A stretch of DNA of 63,015 nt, counting the filler, from Sluysia triapertura (taxonomy: Eukaryota): assembly GCA_046118255.1 (NCBI GenBank). It is 5 parts of 5 records of this genome, joined end to end, with 100 filler letters (N's around TTAATTAATTAA, not from the genome) between each part and the next. Parts side by side here need not be neighbours in the genome. Positions count along the whole stretch, not along the records: positions 1 to 13,253 come from JBJNIA010049672.1; positions 13,354 to 25,798 come from JBJNIA010108647.1; 3 more parts are not named here. One strand, given 5' to 3'. Under the pieces are notes generated by a model. The model was not told the DNA's origin and ran no database searches. It was given only the letters and a program-made list of their open reading frames with translations. Numbering within the stretch: position 1 is the first letter of the stretch; the number at the start of each line of letters is the position of its first letter. The position numbers and the translations under genes were made by a program. Shown here piece by piece: positions 1 through 13,425 of this stretch.

Positions 1-1462
1 TTATTTGAAAACATACTCAATAATGTCGATAACATTGTTTAATTGATTTTATATTTTGTTTTCATTTTTTATTTAACTATCATGTGCATATCTTGTTTTA
101 AACACACTATTTGTGCTTTAATGTAATAAAACGTCATTTGGTTCTTTTAGTTATTATGGTTACAGATGTTCTTACGGATGTTACATTATAAGTTTAATTC
201 ACAAAATGCTTATAATTCTAAAAAAATAAAATAATGCCTAAAATTACTTAAAAAACCACAATAATGAAACCACTATCAAAATTTTACTTTAGTTTTTAAT
301 CGCCGTAATAATTAATTTTAGAAAATGTTTAAATCATATACATTTACAAAATATTTGTAAATCTTTGGGAATAATTTTTGAAAATTATTTATCTTGATAA
401 AAAAATTAATAAAAATATTTTAAAACCATTTTTGTGTTTTCAAGTTTTATACTAATTGAATTTCTTATGTCGAAATAAAGTTGAAATTAATTAAATTTAG
501 ATAATTCTGTTTTATTCTCAAAGTTAAGTTTTATTATATTAAAAGAAAATAATTTGAATTTGAAATATTTTCTAAAAGAAAATAATTATTAAGTGTAACA
601 AAATGATTTATTTTACTCTGAGAAATAATATATTTAAAGATATTTAATTTTCACAATTAAATCTTCACAATTATTCAGTTATTTTACTTACTAATAATTG
701 TTGGTCCGATAAAGTTGACAATGAACAGTTAATGAAAATATTTAGTATCGAAATATCATAATCCCAAAATTATTCAAAATCTTTATTGATTCTACAATTA
801 AATCGTATTAAGTATACTAAAATTACTGTTAGTCTTTTAATAGTATATTGTAACAAATTACTTCTTTTAGTTCTATTGTTTAATAAATTTTTGATAGTTA
901 ATCTTTCTTAGAATTCTATTATATGACTAATTTCAATTTCGTCAATTTCGTCAGTTACATTACATTCAGTTTTGTTGGTTTGTGTTTGAAGTTGTTACTA
1001 TTTATTTCTTCAATTCCACTTTATAAGCTACTAATTAATTCTATTTTTATTTTATTTCATTTACATTATGATATCAGGACATTTTATGAATGTTTCTTTC
1101 AAAATTACTAATGTATTTTAGATTTATTTTTATAATTATTGTTTAAGAATATTAAGAGATTTTGGATTTATTTGAAATTATGTTCATCAATATACAAAAA
1201 GTATATATTTGTAATTTCATAATTAATTCTTATAATCGTATAAAATATTTATAAATTTGGACAATACAACAAATAAAATAAATGAATATTCATGAAATTT
1301 AAACTTTTACTCAACTTTACATCATATATAATATACCAGCACAATGTATCAAGGTATTATTGTTACGAATAAAATATAAAAGAAACTGTAGCTACAAAAG
1401 AAATGTGACAAAATAAGTGTGATGATCTTGTAAAAGGACGGAGCGATCTGAGTCTTATCGAA

Positions 1463-1463
<1 letters not shown>

Positions 1464-1537
<74 letters not shown>
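1464..1537. repeat. (TAA)n microsatellite; others at about 7537-7613, 13183-13253, 13354-13423, 49249-49318, 49605-49650, 53655-53695, 60777-60826
   Basis: Directly visible; source of the poly-I and poly-N ORFs. Confidence 0.95.
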
Positions 1538-3300
1538 TTGTATGTAATATTACTAAGACTTAGAGCCTTTAATGTAATGATAAATTTACAAGCATTTAAT
1601 AATTTTACTACAATCTGTACATCTTATTTTATTTTTGAAATAAAATATTACAAATATTAGACATACAAAACGATGAATTTAACAATTACTTCACACAAGT
1701 AAAACACAATAAATTATCCGAAACTCGGCACAGGCAAAAAACTTTCATCTTGAAATATCATCCAATTTTGACTATTAATATCTATATGCATCATTTTATG
1801 AGAGAAACGGTGGTTTTCTGAATTAAAAATCTCATCGATTTGTTTAAATTTAAAATTAAACTTACATTAATTTTTTCTTATACAAGTTTTTGCATTTTTC
1901 AAAAAGTGCTATAATCATGAAATATTTTTATTCTCATTTTCAAATGAGCCTATAAAATAGTAGAAAAATCTCTAATAAATCGAATAAAGTTTTATTTCGA
2001 ACAATATTTATTTTCATTATTATTTGTAAAATTTTATTTATATTAAGTGACTTGACAACAATAGACATTGATTATAATAAAGTTTCCAGTTATAAAAACA
2101 TTAGTTATTCGAAACCATCCAAAACTTTAACAAAGGATATAAATTCATCTTGTAATTTAACTTCGTTTAACTTAGATTTAACCTCAGTTGAATCAGATAT
2201 AAGTTAATATTTAAAAAAACTTGTTAAGTTTAGCATATATACTCGATTTACACAGACTCTTTAATCTTATGTTTATTCATTTGGTATAGCAAGCCTTCAC
2301 TAACGTAACATTTATCATTCACACCTTATTTAATAAAATTTATTTTTCTTTAAGTTAATTTATTAATTAAGTTTTAGAATTTATATCATTTTGAGCTTAA
2401 AGGTTTTGTCAAAGTTCTAAAGTTGTTTCTTGTTCTTTTTTATAGATTCTTTCTTACAGATTCTTTTTTCTATAAATTATTAAAACATTAAATTCGTCTT
2501 TGTTATCAGTAACAATAATTTTGTTTAACAAGTATTATTAAAGATTTTAAATATTTTACAAGATTACAAGTTATTATTTTCGAAAAATTCTCAATTGCTA
2601 CAAAAAGTACTTTAATATTTCACAAAGTTTTTAAAATCTCTAAAGTGTTTTTATTTTCATTGTTTTTTACTTATTATGTACCTACCCAGTACCACATTTA
2701 TTTTACTCATTATATATCCAACAGTCTGATAATTCTAACCTAAGCGTGAAAGTGTAATATCCTCATTTAGGTTTTTAATTTATTTTGAATCTGGTATAAA
2801 AATATGTGGACAGAAATGAACTTATTTATGTTATTAAATCTGCGGAAGTTTTATCAAATCTTATATTAATCCTTACCCAAATCCTGAACACCACATATAA
2901 TTGATAAATATTAAATTAATATTTTATCATATAAAGTAGTAGCACAAAATGAATAAATATTAAAGTGTTTAAAACTTTTAATTTTTTTTTATATTATATT
3001 TTGAATGTCAATTTAAATATCATTTCACAAACTTAAATAAGATTTTTAGTCATAGTTTTAGCTTTACTGAAATAGTGCACTTAAATAAAATTAAACAAAC
3101 ATTCAAAAATCCAAAAACACTAAGAACTTCTTAATTTTCTTCTTTCTAATCAAATATAATTTAATATTACTAATTTTTATATAACGTCATTGTTAGAAAA
3201 ATGTATTGTTTTCTTGTTTCTGTTATTAATTTGCCTTTACTTTAAAGAATTTATTGAGTATTTATATACTTATTTTTATTAACTGTGATATAGAAAATAT

Positions 3301-3490
3301 TGTTAGTTTGTCATCACAACCCTATAAAATGACTTAAAATTATTTAAAATCATTTAAAAATCAATTAAAATCATATATAATGCTTTAAAACTGTTTATAA
3401 ATCTAGAAAATCACTTAAAAGAAAATTATTTTTCGAAAAAAGAAAATTCGCTTCTAAAAATAGAATGTTCTAGAATATAAAATAGCATCG
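3301..3490 (+). repeat. LTR-like dispersed repeat family A, 5' part (TGTTAG end, HSE, TATA)
   Basis: Starts TGTTAG..ATCACAACCCT, then GCTTCTAAAAATAGAATGTTCTAGAA-TATAAAATAGCATC. Homologous to 32560-32700(+), 37272-37464(-) and 56097-56320(-). Confidence 0.75.
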
Positions 3491-6400
3491 GTTTGTGAGG
3501 ATGTGTAGTTATGAAAATTAATTTAAATTACTACCTATCTTATTGTGAGTCCTCTGTGATATTGGACTTACTCACTGAAGGGCCAGCACACAGATTTTTC
3601 AGCTTTGAAGAAGAAAGATAAGGATTGGAGGTCTTTGTTTGTGTTGTTTTTTAATTCTACTAAATTTAAATATTATTGAAATAACTTAATGGACAACTTA
3701 GTTTAACAGACGTTGAATAATTAATTAACTATTTACAATTTTTACTCGAAATTAAATCAAATACACTTCTCGGAATTTATTTACTGACCGAAATAATAAG
3801 CTGATCAACATAAAATTTATTAAAGTACCTTATAACACGTGAATATACAAAATATCAATTAAATAAACACAAAGAATATAATGCTTATAAATACACTAAA
3901 CTAAAATGAATGATCAACTATCTACCGAAAACTTTGTAGATAAAAGAGTATATTAAATCCTTAGGGCTTAACTAAGCAAATTTATTATTGTAGTAAATAA
4001 TATGTATTTTGTAATATTATTACAATAAATAATTTATGAAGTTATGAATAAGAGTATTGAAATTGTTAAAAAATATTAATTTGTTAATTAATATTTGACT
4101 GTTGAAGTTTAAAAAATATTTTATATAGTAAAAAAATTTACAAAAATATTAAAGATATTAAGTTGTTTATATTGACTTTAAATTTATAACTCGACAGTGA
4201 TAATAACTAACGATTAAACGACTATGAAATCAAATTATTTTTTATAATCTCCTTGTTGAATAACTTCTTTAATCTAAATAGCTTCTTTAAACGTTAACTT
4301 TTGAATAATTTTCCTCATTAGAAATTTCTCCGAATATTGGTTATGAATTCTTCTTCGCCAAATAAAATTTTAAAAATATAGCTATTATCGAATTTATTGT
4401 TGTGAGTTTATTATTTCAAATTCCCTCTTTATATACAATCAACAATTAATCATTTTAAACAAAAATTTTTATTTTATGTTTTTATATTAATTTTTTTTAA
4501 TATTTATTTATATTTTGTTTTAATAATAAAAAAATTTTAATACTTTTTTAAATAATTATTTATTTCAATATAATAATTGTATAAATATATGTTTTAATAA
4601 TAAACATTTTAATAATTTTTTAAATAAATATTTATGTTAATATAATAATTGTAAAAAATGTAAGTATATAATAATATGATATTATTTATTTTACGAAAAA
4701 TACTAAAAATGGAAAACTAAAAATTAAAATTAAAGATTAAAAATACCTTTACAAGTTTAATGAGAATTTCCATTTTGAAAAATCACTTTAGTTTGATTTA
4801 ATTTACAGCGAATTGTGAATTTTTATAGCTGTTTGCAATTCGCAGTTAATTCAAAAATGGGGAAATAAATATTGGACTACAGAAAATCAATTTATTGGTA
4901 AAATATATTTATTTAGAAGTTGAAATTATAAAATACGCGTCTATTTTTTAAGTCCCCGATATATTGATGTATAATTTCAACTTAAAATATTTTAGTAGTA
5001 GAAGAAAACGCTCTCGGGGTTTTAATCTATAAAAATAATTGTTTGTATATTCTCTTATCTTACCACTATTATTATTTAGACCTTTGTGTTTTATAAATAA
5101 AATTAACGTTTTTTGCATTATTTAATTCTTAAAAGTTTAAGCATAAATTATCAAAGTTTTTGAAAAAATTATACTCTTGAGCACTTGTTAAGACCCTAGC
5201 CACATAACATTTATATATAGATAAATTATTAGCTTACTTAATTACAGAAACGCCCTCTTCACGACATAAGACATTTAATGTAACCAGATCCTGCTTGAAA
5301 AATATTTTGCCGTAGGTTAAGAGTTAGAAAAACTACAACAATATAATTGCATTTAAATTTTATTTTTATTTTCTGAGTTATTAAAGAGTCAATTCAAACC
5401 GTTTAAAATACTCAACAAAGTGATTATAATCGATTCAATAATTAACTGAAACACTCTAGATGAATGGGACAAAATAAATCTTATTCAAATTAATCTCCAG
5501 TTTAGATTCACATTGAAATATGACGTTTTTAACATTTAATTTACCTGGGATTAATCTTTCATGATAGACAATATTAAGTAACATTGGCATTGTTCAAAAT
5601 TTAAGATTGCGACAACATCATACATAAATGGTTTTCGTTCAATTTGTTCATTCAGCAGTTGTAGATGAATTGAAAATTAAAAATAATAATGAACATTATC
5701 AACGACTAATATTATTTTGGATAGCAATTATCCAATAAAGATGTTTAAACTTAAGTTGTAAAGTTAATTCACCATTAATTCAAAGTTTTACAAGTTACAG
5801 TGAGTCTCGGAATTTTGAAACTTCTTTTAGATTTTAAATTTAAAATTTCATCGTATTAAATTAGATCAGTAAACATCTTACTAATTAGAAATAATTTAAA
5901 ATAATGCAACTAAACATTCATTTTCTATTTGGAATACCACTTCCATGATGAGCTTGTAAGTGGATATCTTTTATGCATTAGTGCTGCTCCCAGTTCGTAT
6001 GTCTGCATTTCACAAAATCTTCTTACGTAAAATAATGTAAATGATTTACTTTACCTTGCTCCAATTTACCTGGAGCAATTTTAATCTTTGAAAATAATTT
6101 TCTCAAGATTTATTCAATTTAAATTAATCTTTCTTCATAATTCTCCATAAATTACGTATCTACGAACATGGTCAGCCATTGTTGAATATAGTGTAACTGA
6201 ATTTTATTTTCTCTGGACATATTCCATTACCATATTTATTTAGTATATTTCTAATTAAATTTGTTTCGCTTTTATATCATTTTGTTTTCATTAATAACCC
6301 ACTGAATGATTTTAAACCTCCCTCTTATTGGCGTGTGACTGTATTAAGATCATGTATATTCTCTCCGAACTTTTGAAAGTAGTAGTCTCTTACGTCAGCA

Positions 6401-7554
6401 ACGGTTAGATGAGAAACTAAAGATTAGATTTTTTCTATTATATAAGTGTATGTGATGCAATCCTTTTGTTTCGTCAAGCACTAAGAATACATTAATACCA
6501 CTAAATGTTGACATCATGTTTTGCAAGTGTGACATTTGAAGTGCTTTTCATTTCAGTATAGCATTTACGTGTCTCAATAATACAGAATTTTATGTGATTA
6601 CTTTTCCAACTGGCCTAAATAGAATCATAATTCAAAGTAATCTACTTCTTCTATTTACAATAACTACTCTCTTATGCGCCAATTTATTTTTGCAAAAAAG
6701 AATATAAATAAGTGTAACTTGATATAATAATATATTTTATTAATTATAATACATTGTTTATTTATTATTCTTTATTTTTTTACTCTAAAAGCCACAATTT
6801 TTTATAGTTATTTATTAAGTTCGATTTAGCTACATTTTTAGCAATCGCGAGTTGCAGCACTTCGATTTTACAAATTTATTTATTTGAATTTTATAAACCA
6901 AATTCCTTAATAAACATTTTATTCATTAAGTTAGACAAAGAATATGTATTGCACTTCATAAGGCTTACTATCCTCAAATTTAGTATCACATTAAATCACC
7001 ATAACTATAAATTCTAGCCACGTAATATTTACTACGGTCTCATTACAGATCGTAAATTTTAATAATTTATTACTATATTTAACATTATATCCAGATAAAT
7101 ACATACATTAACATATACAAGTTTACTCAGTCGATGAACTTTACTTATAAAATAATAATAATTATAAAATACATAATTCAAGAGCCAATCAAAGCTACAT
7201 ATAATGTATTTAACATTAGTTTCATATGTTTTATCAACTCCATTGACTTAACCAGCACTAGTCCATATATTTGTATCATTTTTCTGATGGCACAAATTAC
7301 TCTTAAATTTGGATAAATTTTACGACTTAAATCTTAAATCTTTATCATTCTATTTAAAGCTGAGTGTCTTACGCTATTCTTTCAAATGTAAGCTTGACAG
7401 AATACTATCATTTTCGAGTTCAGGTACAAAAAAGACTCGAAACATTTCAATATTATTTTACGATGTAACTTACCCAAAAAATCATATAAAATTATTGAAA
7501 GAATTCATTAAATCTTTTCATTCTATTTACATACAAATAAATAATAATAATAAT

Positions 7555-7613
<59 letters not shown>

Positions 7614-8461
7614 GTATTATTATTATTTTAAGTTATATATTTGCTATCCATAGATTTTATAATTACATAAGTAGTCAAGATTATCAAATTATTCTTTTCC
7701 CTGAATTATTATATAAATAATGAAAGTTTAATTTTATAATTAAGACAATTTTTATTTTTCACAGCTTCTTTCAAACAGATATCATTATTTGTACTTTGTT
7801 TAAACAATTACAAATTCTAAAAAAGACTTTGCAACTTAATTGCCAAAGATGTATTTTCTTGATTGATATCTATTTTATATACATAAGATAAGTTTTTCTT
7901 ACAATTACAGAAAACCATCAATCATAAAAATATGATAATACAATGTTTGTTCAGTTTGTTTACATTAATTTTTCTTTCTTAATTTAAAATGTAACTTTAT
8001 TTGCATTTGTAAAAACATATCTTATGGATTAAGACCAATTATATTAATTTATTTTTTATATTTTAATTTTTTATGTTTTAATTTATTGAAAATGTCATAT
8101 GAAAATATTTTACATTTTAAATCTTAATCTGTTTGATGTCAATTTAGGATAGTTATTAATATCATAATTAGCATATCATAATTTATTGAAATGTTCAGCA
8201 ATCTCAGTCATTTGCAGTAGTTATATTGTAATAAAGAATATATTAATTTATTTTTAAAAACGCATAAATATAAGCACTGCATTATAATATTTTAAAAAAA
8301 TATTCGCAGTTGATTTGCAGTTCTCCTTATAACTCAAATTATTATAAACGTTTAACTTTTATCGTATCAATTAAATCAGTTTCTGTATCGCGAGGTTTAT
8401 TTCAGGATGCGTCTGCAATGGTAGAGACGGAAATATGATTTATATAGGTAAATGACGTTAA

Positions 8462-8694
8462 TCCTTTGACTACCAATGGGACGATGGGTCCCACAGACAC
8501 TATGTTCTACATCAGTGGGTTAAAAGTAGCTTTAAACAGCCTAACAGATCGTCTCAATGGTTGTGTAGTGTTTATTGAATGACGTGAAATCAGCTGGTCG
8601 GTTACATTTTTTCAATTATGCCATGGCCATAAGTTATTAGCCAATTAAGTTAATATTATAAAATGGGACCAAAAAAGGTTTGGTAGTGAAAGGG
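8462..8694. mobile_element. piggyBac-type MITE
   Basis: TTAA on both sides; TIRs TCCTTTGACTACCA versus reverse-complement CCCTTTCACTACCA (12/14). Confidence 0.8.
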
Positions 8695-8774
8695 TTAACA
8701 AAAGGATATTGATTTATTTATCAGTTCGTCGTAACCAAACCATACAAAGACAACATGAGTCATATTTGATGTAC

Positions 8775-8878
8775 ACTCAAACCTGTTTTATGCGATTTTT
8801 TATTTGTGCAAACTCTTAATTTAATTATTAAATTATGAGATCGCACAAATAAAAAATCGCATAAAAACAGGTTTGAGT
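8775..8878. mobile_element. Palindromic pogo/Tigger-like MITE (foldback)
   Basis: Near-perfect inverted repeat with about 48-bp arms: ACTCAAACCTGTTTTATGCGATTTTTTATTTGTGC ... GCACAAATAAAAAATCGCATAAAAACAGGTTTGAGT; left end TA-CACTCAAACC. Confidence 0.7.
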
Positions 8879-11800
8879 TGAGAAAAATATTACAATTATC
8901 CGAAACTGTACACCGCACGAAAATGATAATAATGAAGTATTATTTTATTATTTTTGATTTTTAAATACAATTCTTATTATTGTATATTTTATACAATATG
9001 TTAGGATAAATATATTTTTGAGTTAGAAATAAAATTCATACGCAAAAAAAATATTTCAAAAATGTTTGCAAAATAATTTAATTATATTTTGAATTTATTT
9101 ACAAAATATAATAATTATATTTTTATTATAATAATTTGTTGTAATTATGAAATATCGTTGATAATTATTAAAAATAACAAAATAATAATATAAAATTATA
9201 ATGATAATAATATTGATAATCTCAAATTTCGTCGAGCTCTTATCGCCACTGTCAATTTTAGTTTGTTGTAGCTTCAGGCACAGTTTCATTTTTAATATTC
9301 ACCCGATAGATAAAAAATAATAATATTAATAATAATAATAATAATAAATGTAAGATAAATGATGAGAAAATATAAGTAATAAAGAAATGAAAAATATTGA
9401 AAATTAAAATAGATTAAAAAGAACAGTAATAAATTAAATTAAAATAAAATAGATATAAATAAAAACGTAATTAGTAGGATATTAAATAAAAAATAGCTAT
9501 TTTTATTAAATTTTAATACACATTTTAATATTGAATTTGGTCTTCAAACTCTTCAAACTCCTTAGTTTTAAACAAACTTTCACAGGCTTTATAGGAATAT
9601 TATTTCTGTTGTACGAATCTATAAGATATCAGGGTTAACTTAGAGATACGTTAAATAATAGGATACGTTAAATAAAGACGTTAAAAAGGAACGAACATAT
9701 ACCATTCGAAACCATATAAGATGCAGAAAATGAAGCAAATAAAGAAGATGTTTAAAGAGAATTAGAGATAAAATCAAAAAATATCCGATTCCTCCAACAT
9801 AACCACAAAGAAAAATAATAAGTATTAAGTAGAAAATGATCAATAATCACAATTAGAATTAACGGTAGGATAATTGCTTATTTAATTTATACAAGAGCAG
9901 TAACTTCTTTAATAAACGAATCTTTTCTAACAAGTGAATGACCTAAGAAATTAGCTGATCATGTTTTAATCTTGGAGAAGCAATAAAAATAGTAGAAGCA
10001 ACATTAACATATTGTGAATTAGATAGAAATAAGTTTGAGATCAGATTAAATGTTATTAGAGATGTGTTATTTTAGATTTCGATAAAGCTAGGTTAATCGA
10101 CAGTTATTAAAACAGTATTATAGATTATAATGATGTAATAGCAGGTTAAAACTTTGGTTATAAGTAGAACTCGAGGAAAAACAAATTGTTTATTACATAG
10201 GAACTTAATCAAGGATGATTATATATACGTATAGCGGATTATATTTGTAATATTTGTGAAGACAAAATACCAATAAGAATAATTAATTATACTGACGAAG
10301 ATAAGGGGATATATTCCGGAACAAAATTTAGGAAAAGATCTCACTTATAAAGTTGAATCTCAAAGAAACACAATTAAACTTCAATGGGATATTAATGAAT
10401 ATTATGAAAATATTAAGATTAATAATATGAATGTAACAAATAGATAGATTGTATAGAGTAATAAAATATATCCCAAAGCCATAATACCTTCACTTCCTTG
10501 AGGCTCAGAAACTTGTCAAGATACTGTCACATTAAGATCGAAGCGTATAAGAATTTAAAACATACGTTTACTGAAATAAACTCAAATTATTTCTCCTAAT
10601 TATATTTCGAAAACGTTTTGTCGAAAATATTTGTCGCTTCTTCTATATTTAGTTTGTATACTTGTTTAGCACATTTTGGTTATTGTAATTTTATTAAATG
10701 TTAGTATTTTCAGTTGATTTATTGGTAAAAAGCTAATTTAAGATAAAAAATATAATAAATTTCGACAGAATCATATTAAGATTGTTGTCCGAATAAACTC
10801 AATAAACGTGGTTTGAGATAACTCCTATTGCACAAGAAATAATAATAAAGACCTCGAATTAAGATAAATTAAATTATAAATTAATATATATATATATATG
10901 AGGAAGAAGATAGTTAAATTATACGTTAATGTTGTTAACTAATATTTACAGGCAGCCCCACTATCCGTCGTAAGTCATATACTGTAACCTGACCCTGCTA
11001 AAATTTATTTTATCGTATGTTAAGAATAAGAATAATTAATGAATTATTATTCTAAATCATTTAATTCCTTTTTACTCCATTTAACAAAGGATTCAGTTTC
11101 AGGATTATTTAAATTATAAATCAAAATCAATTAAAATCTTGTTTAAGAAAAGAATAAAATCGTTCTATTTCACTCATTTTAAAACGTGATTAAAATCACC
11201 AATAAAAGTCATTATTAAAGAATTATAATTAAAATTAACTGCCAAGATTATAATGACCTTCACACTTTTATTGAATTTAAGGACATTATTCTAAAATTCT
11301 TAATTGTATAAGTTTTCTTAATTCTAAGAGCCATAACATAATTAAAATAGGTTGAGTCATATTTAGTCAAGTATAAAATTAATGATTGTGTCTAAAAATG
11401 AATAAATTTCGAATGATAAATTTATTATCATTTATGTTTCACATAATTACAATAAAAATGTTTATTTATAAAATTAATAATTGCAGGTTTCTCCATCGAG
11501 CTTCATTATTCGATATAGGTTGGAGAACAGTACAGTTTGGAAAACTTATAAAAATTACTCTGGCTCTAAGGTTAAATAAATAAATCATATTTTTTCTTAT
11601 TTAAAGTTTGTATAGCTAAAATTATTTACACCTTATTTATGTAAAGCCAAATCAAGTTTTGTACAAGTTGCATCAATACTAAAATTTAGAATTATCACGA
11701 AATGTTATCGTTTTTTTTGATAGAAATGAAATATCATTTAAATTTTCTTCAAATCACTCAACAAAAATAGTATTAGAATTGATAATTAATACGGTATTTC

Positions 11801-11903
11801 TCAACCCTTTGAGGACATCTATATTTTCAGGAAATAAAAACAATCTTATTACATCTTACATCTTTTATTTCCATTTCAATTTTATTCTAATAATTATCTT
11901 TAT

Positions 11904-12148
11904 TCAACAGTTCTTCCTTTCGATCGTTTTATTTCTTTCGTATTGATATTCCATGATCCACAAATGATTGTTTGAGTTTCCGTTTTGAATTAGTATACTT
12001 ACGAGGATGAAAAGAGTGGCACAAAAAATTGAGGTAACAATGATTGGTATTGTAATTGAAATTAGTCTTTGACTATTATCATCGTAAGCAAAATATTGTT
12101 GCACATAACACATATTGATGATATTGAGAAATACCAAATGGATTCCTT
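11904..12148 (-). CDS. Possible terminal exon or pseudogene encoding a single transmembrane helix
   Basis: ORF with one clean TM segment (LISITIPIIVTSIFCATLFILVSILI) and a candidate AG acceptor near 12150. Upstream frames are interrupted by stops. Confidence 0.25.
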
Positions 12149-13181
12149 TGCTATTTCAAAAAAATTATGTAAGGTCCTTTAATTGCGATATAGACGGAGT
12201 TTTCTTTTGACGCGAAAAACTCTATGGATCTTCTGTTATACTGGTCAGAAATTGAATATATTTGGCAACTTCTTTATTATAGTCCAGTTGTTGTTAAAGG
12301 GAGACGATTAGAAAGATGTTATGGAGAAGTAAAAATTAGTAAAAGAAAGAGAAGGTTACTGAAATTGAAGATGTTTAATGGAAATTTCATTTAGTTTTAT
12401 TTTTTGGATTTTAAAAAAACATAAATTTAGTAAATGTTGATGTGATTATTGATTTGGATGTTGTGTAGATGTCAAAATTGGTGTGTTGTCGAATATTAAA
12501 ATTTTGTGAAACGGTACTGGCCAACATATAAATATTATCGAAATATTCCAAATTTTTACTGCTTGATGACATTGAATTATGTAACCAAATGGAAATCTTT
12601 TTGTTTCAAAAGTTTTTTTAACAACATAATTTGCTAAGTCACAATCAATTATGTTAAACCACTAAATGTTTCATTTCTACTCATAAAAAATTTGCAACAC
12701 TTTTTAATAACTCTGAAATAAACACCAAGTTGAAAAATATTCATATTATTCTTAAGAAAATATGAAAAGAATTAGATCATTACATACAATATAAAAATGT
12801 CATAAAATAAAGATAAAATTTTCTGAAAATATTCTACAATTAAAAGATTAATCATCTGATTGTATATAAGCATATTTTTTGACTGTGTAGTAAACTAAAA
12901 TTTTGTAATTAAGTACTGAACATGTGTTCCTATGTTTACAATCTGCTAATAATAGGTTAACGTTGAACTTCTGAATTGTTTACTTTTTATTCTAATTTTT
13001 GTTTTAATTATAAAAAATAATATCTTGTTTCGTATTTTATAAATCAAATGTAAACGAAAAACTTTCATCAGATTGTATCATTATCATTAAATATGATGAT
13101 ACTAATTAAATTATGTTACATTTTCATACATTTTGCATTATTTATTAAAATCATTTGTTATTTTATTATCAACTAATTTCG

Positions 13182-13253
<72 letters not shown>

Positions 13254-13353
13254 NNNNNNNNNNNNNNNNNNNNNNNNNNNNNNNNNNNNNNNNNNNNTTA
13301 ATTAATTAANNNNNNNNNNNNNNNNNNNNNNNNNNNNNNNNNNNNNNNNNNNN
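13254..13353. other. Artificial contig spacer 44N-TTAATTAATTAA-44N (also 25799-25898, 37172-37271, 49319-49418)
   Basis: Identical 100-nt structure four times; the 12-mer has stop codons in all six frames. Confidence 0.97.

Positions 13354-13425
<72 letters not shown>

Noticed and set aside
1452-1463. GTCTTATCGAAA resembling part of the planarian spliced leader as I recall it
   Set aside because: Only about 12 nt with no ATG|GT or Sm site; it runs straight into (TAA)n and is more likely a non-LTR element 3' end or chance.
13298-13309. Perfect palindrome TTAATTAATTAA recurring about every 12 kb
   Set aside because: Always centred in identical N padding; an assembly linker, not biology.
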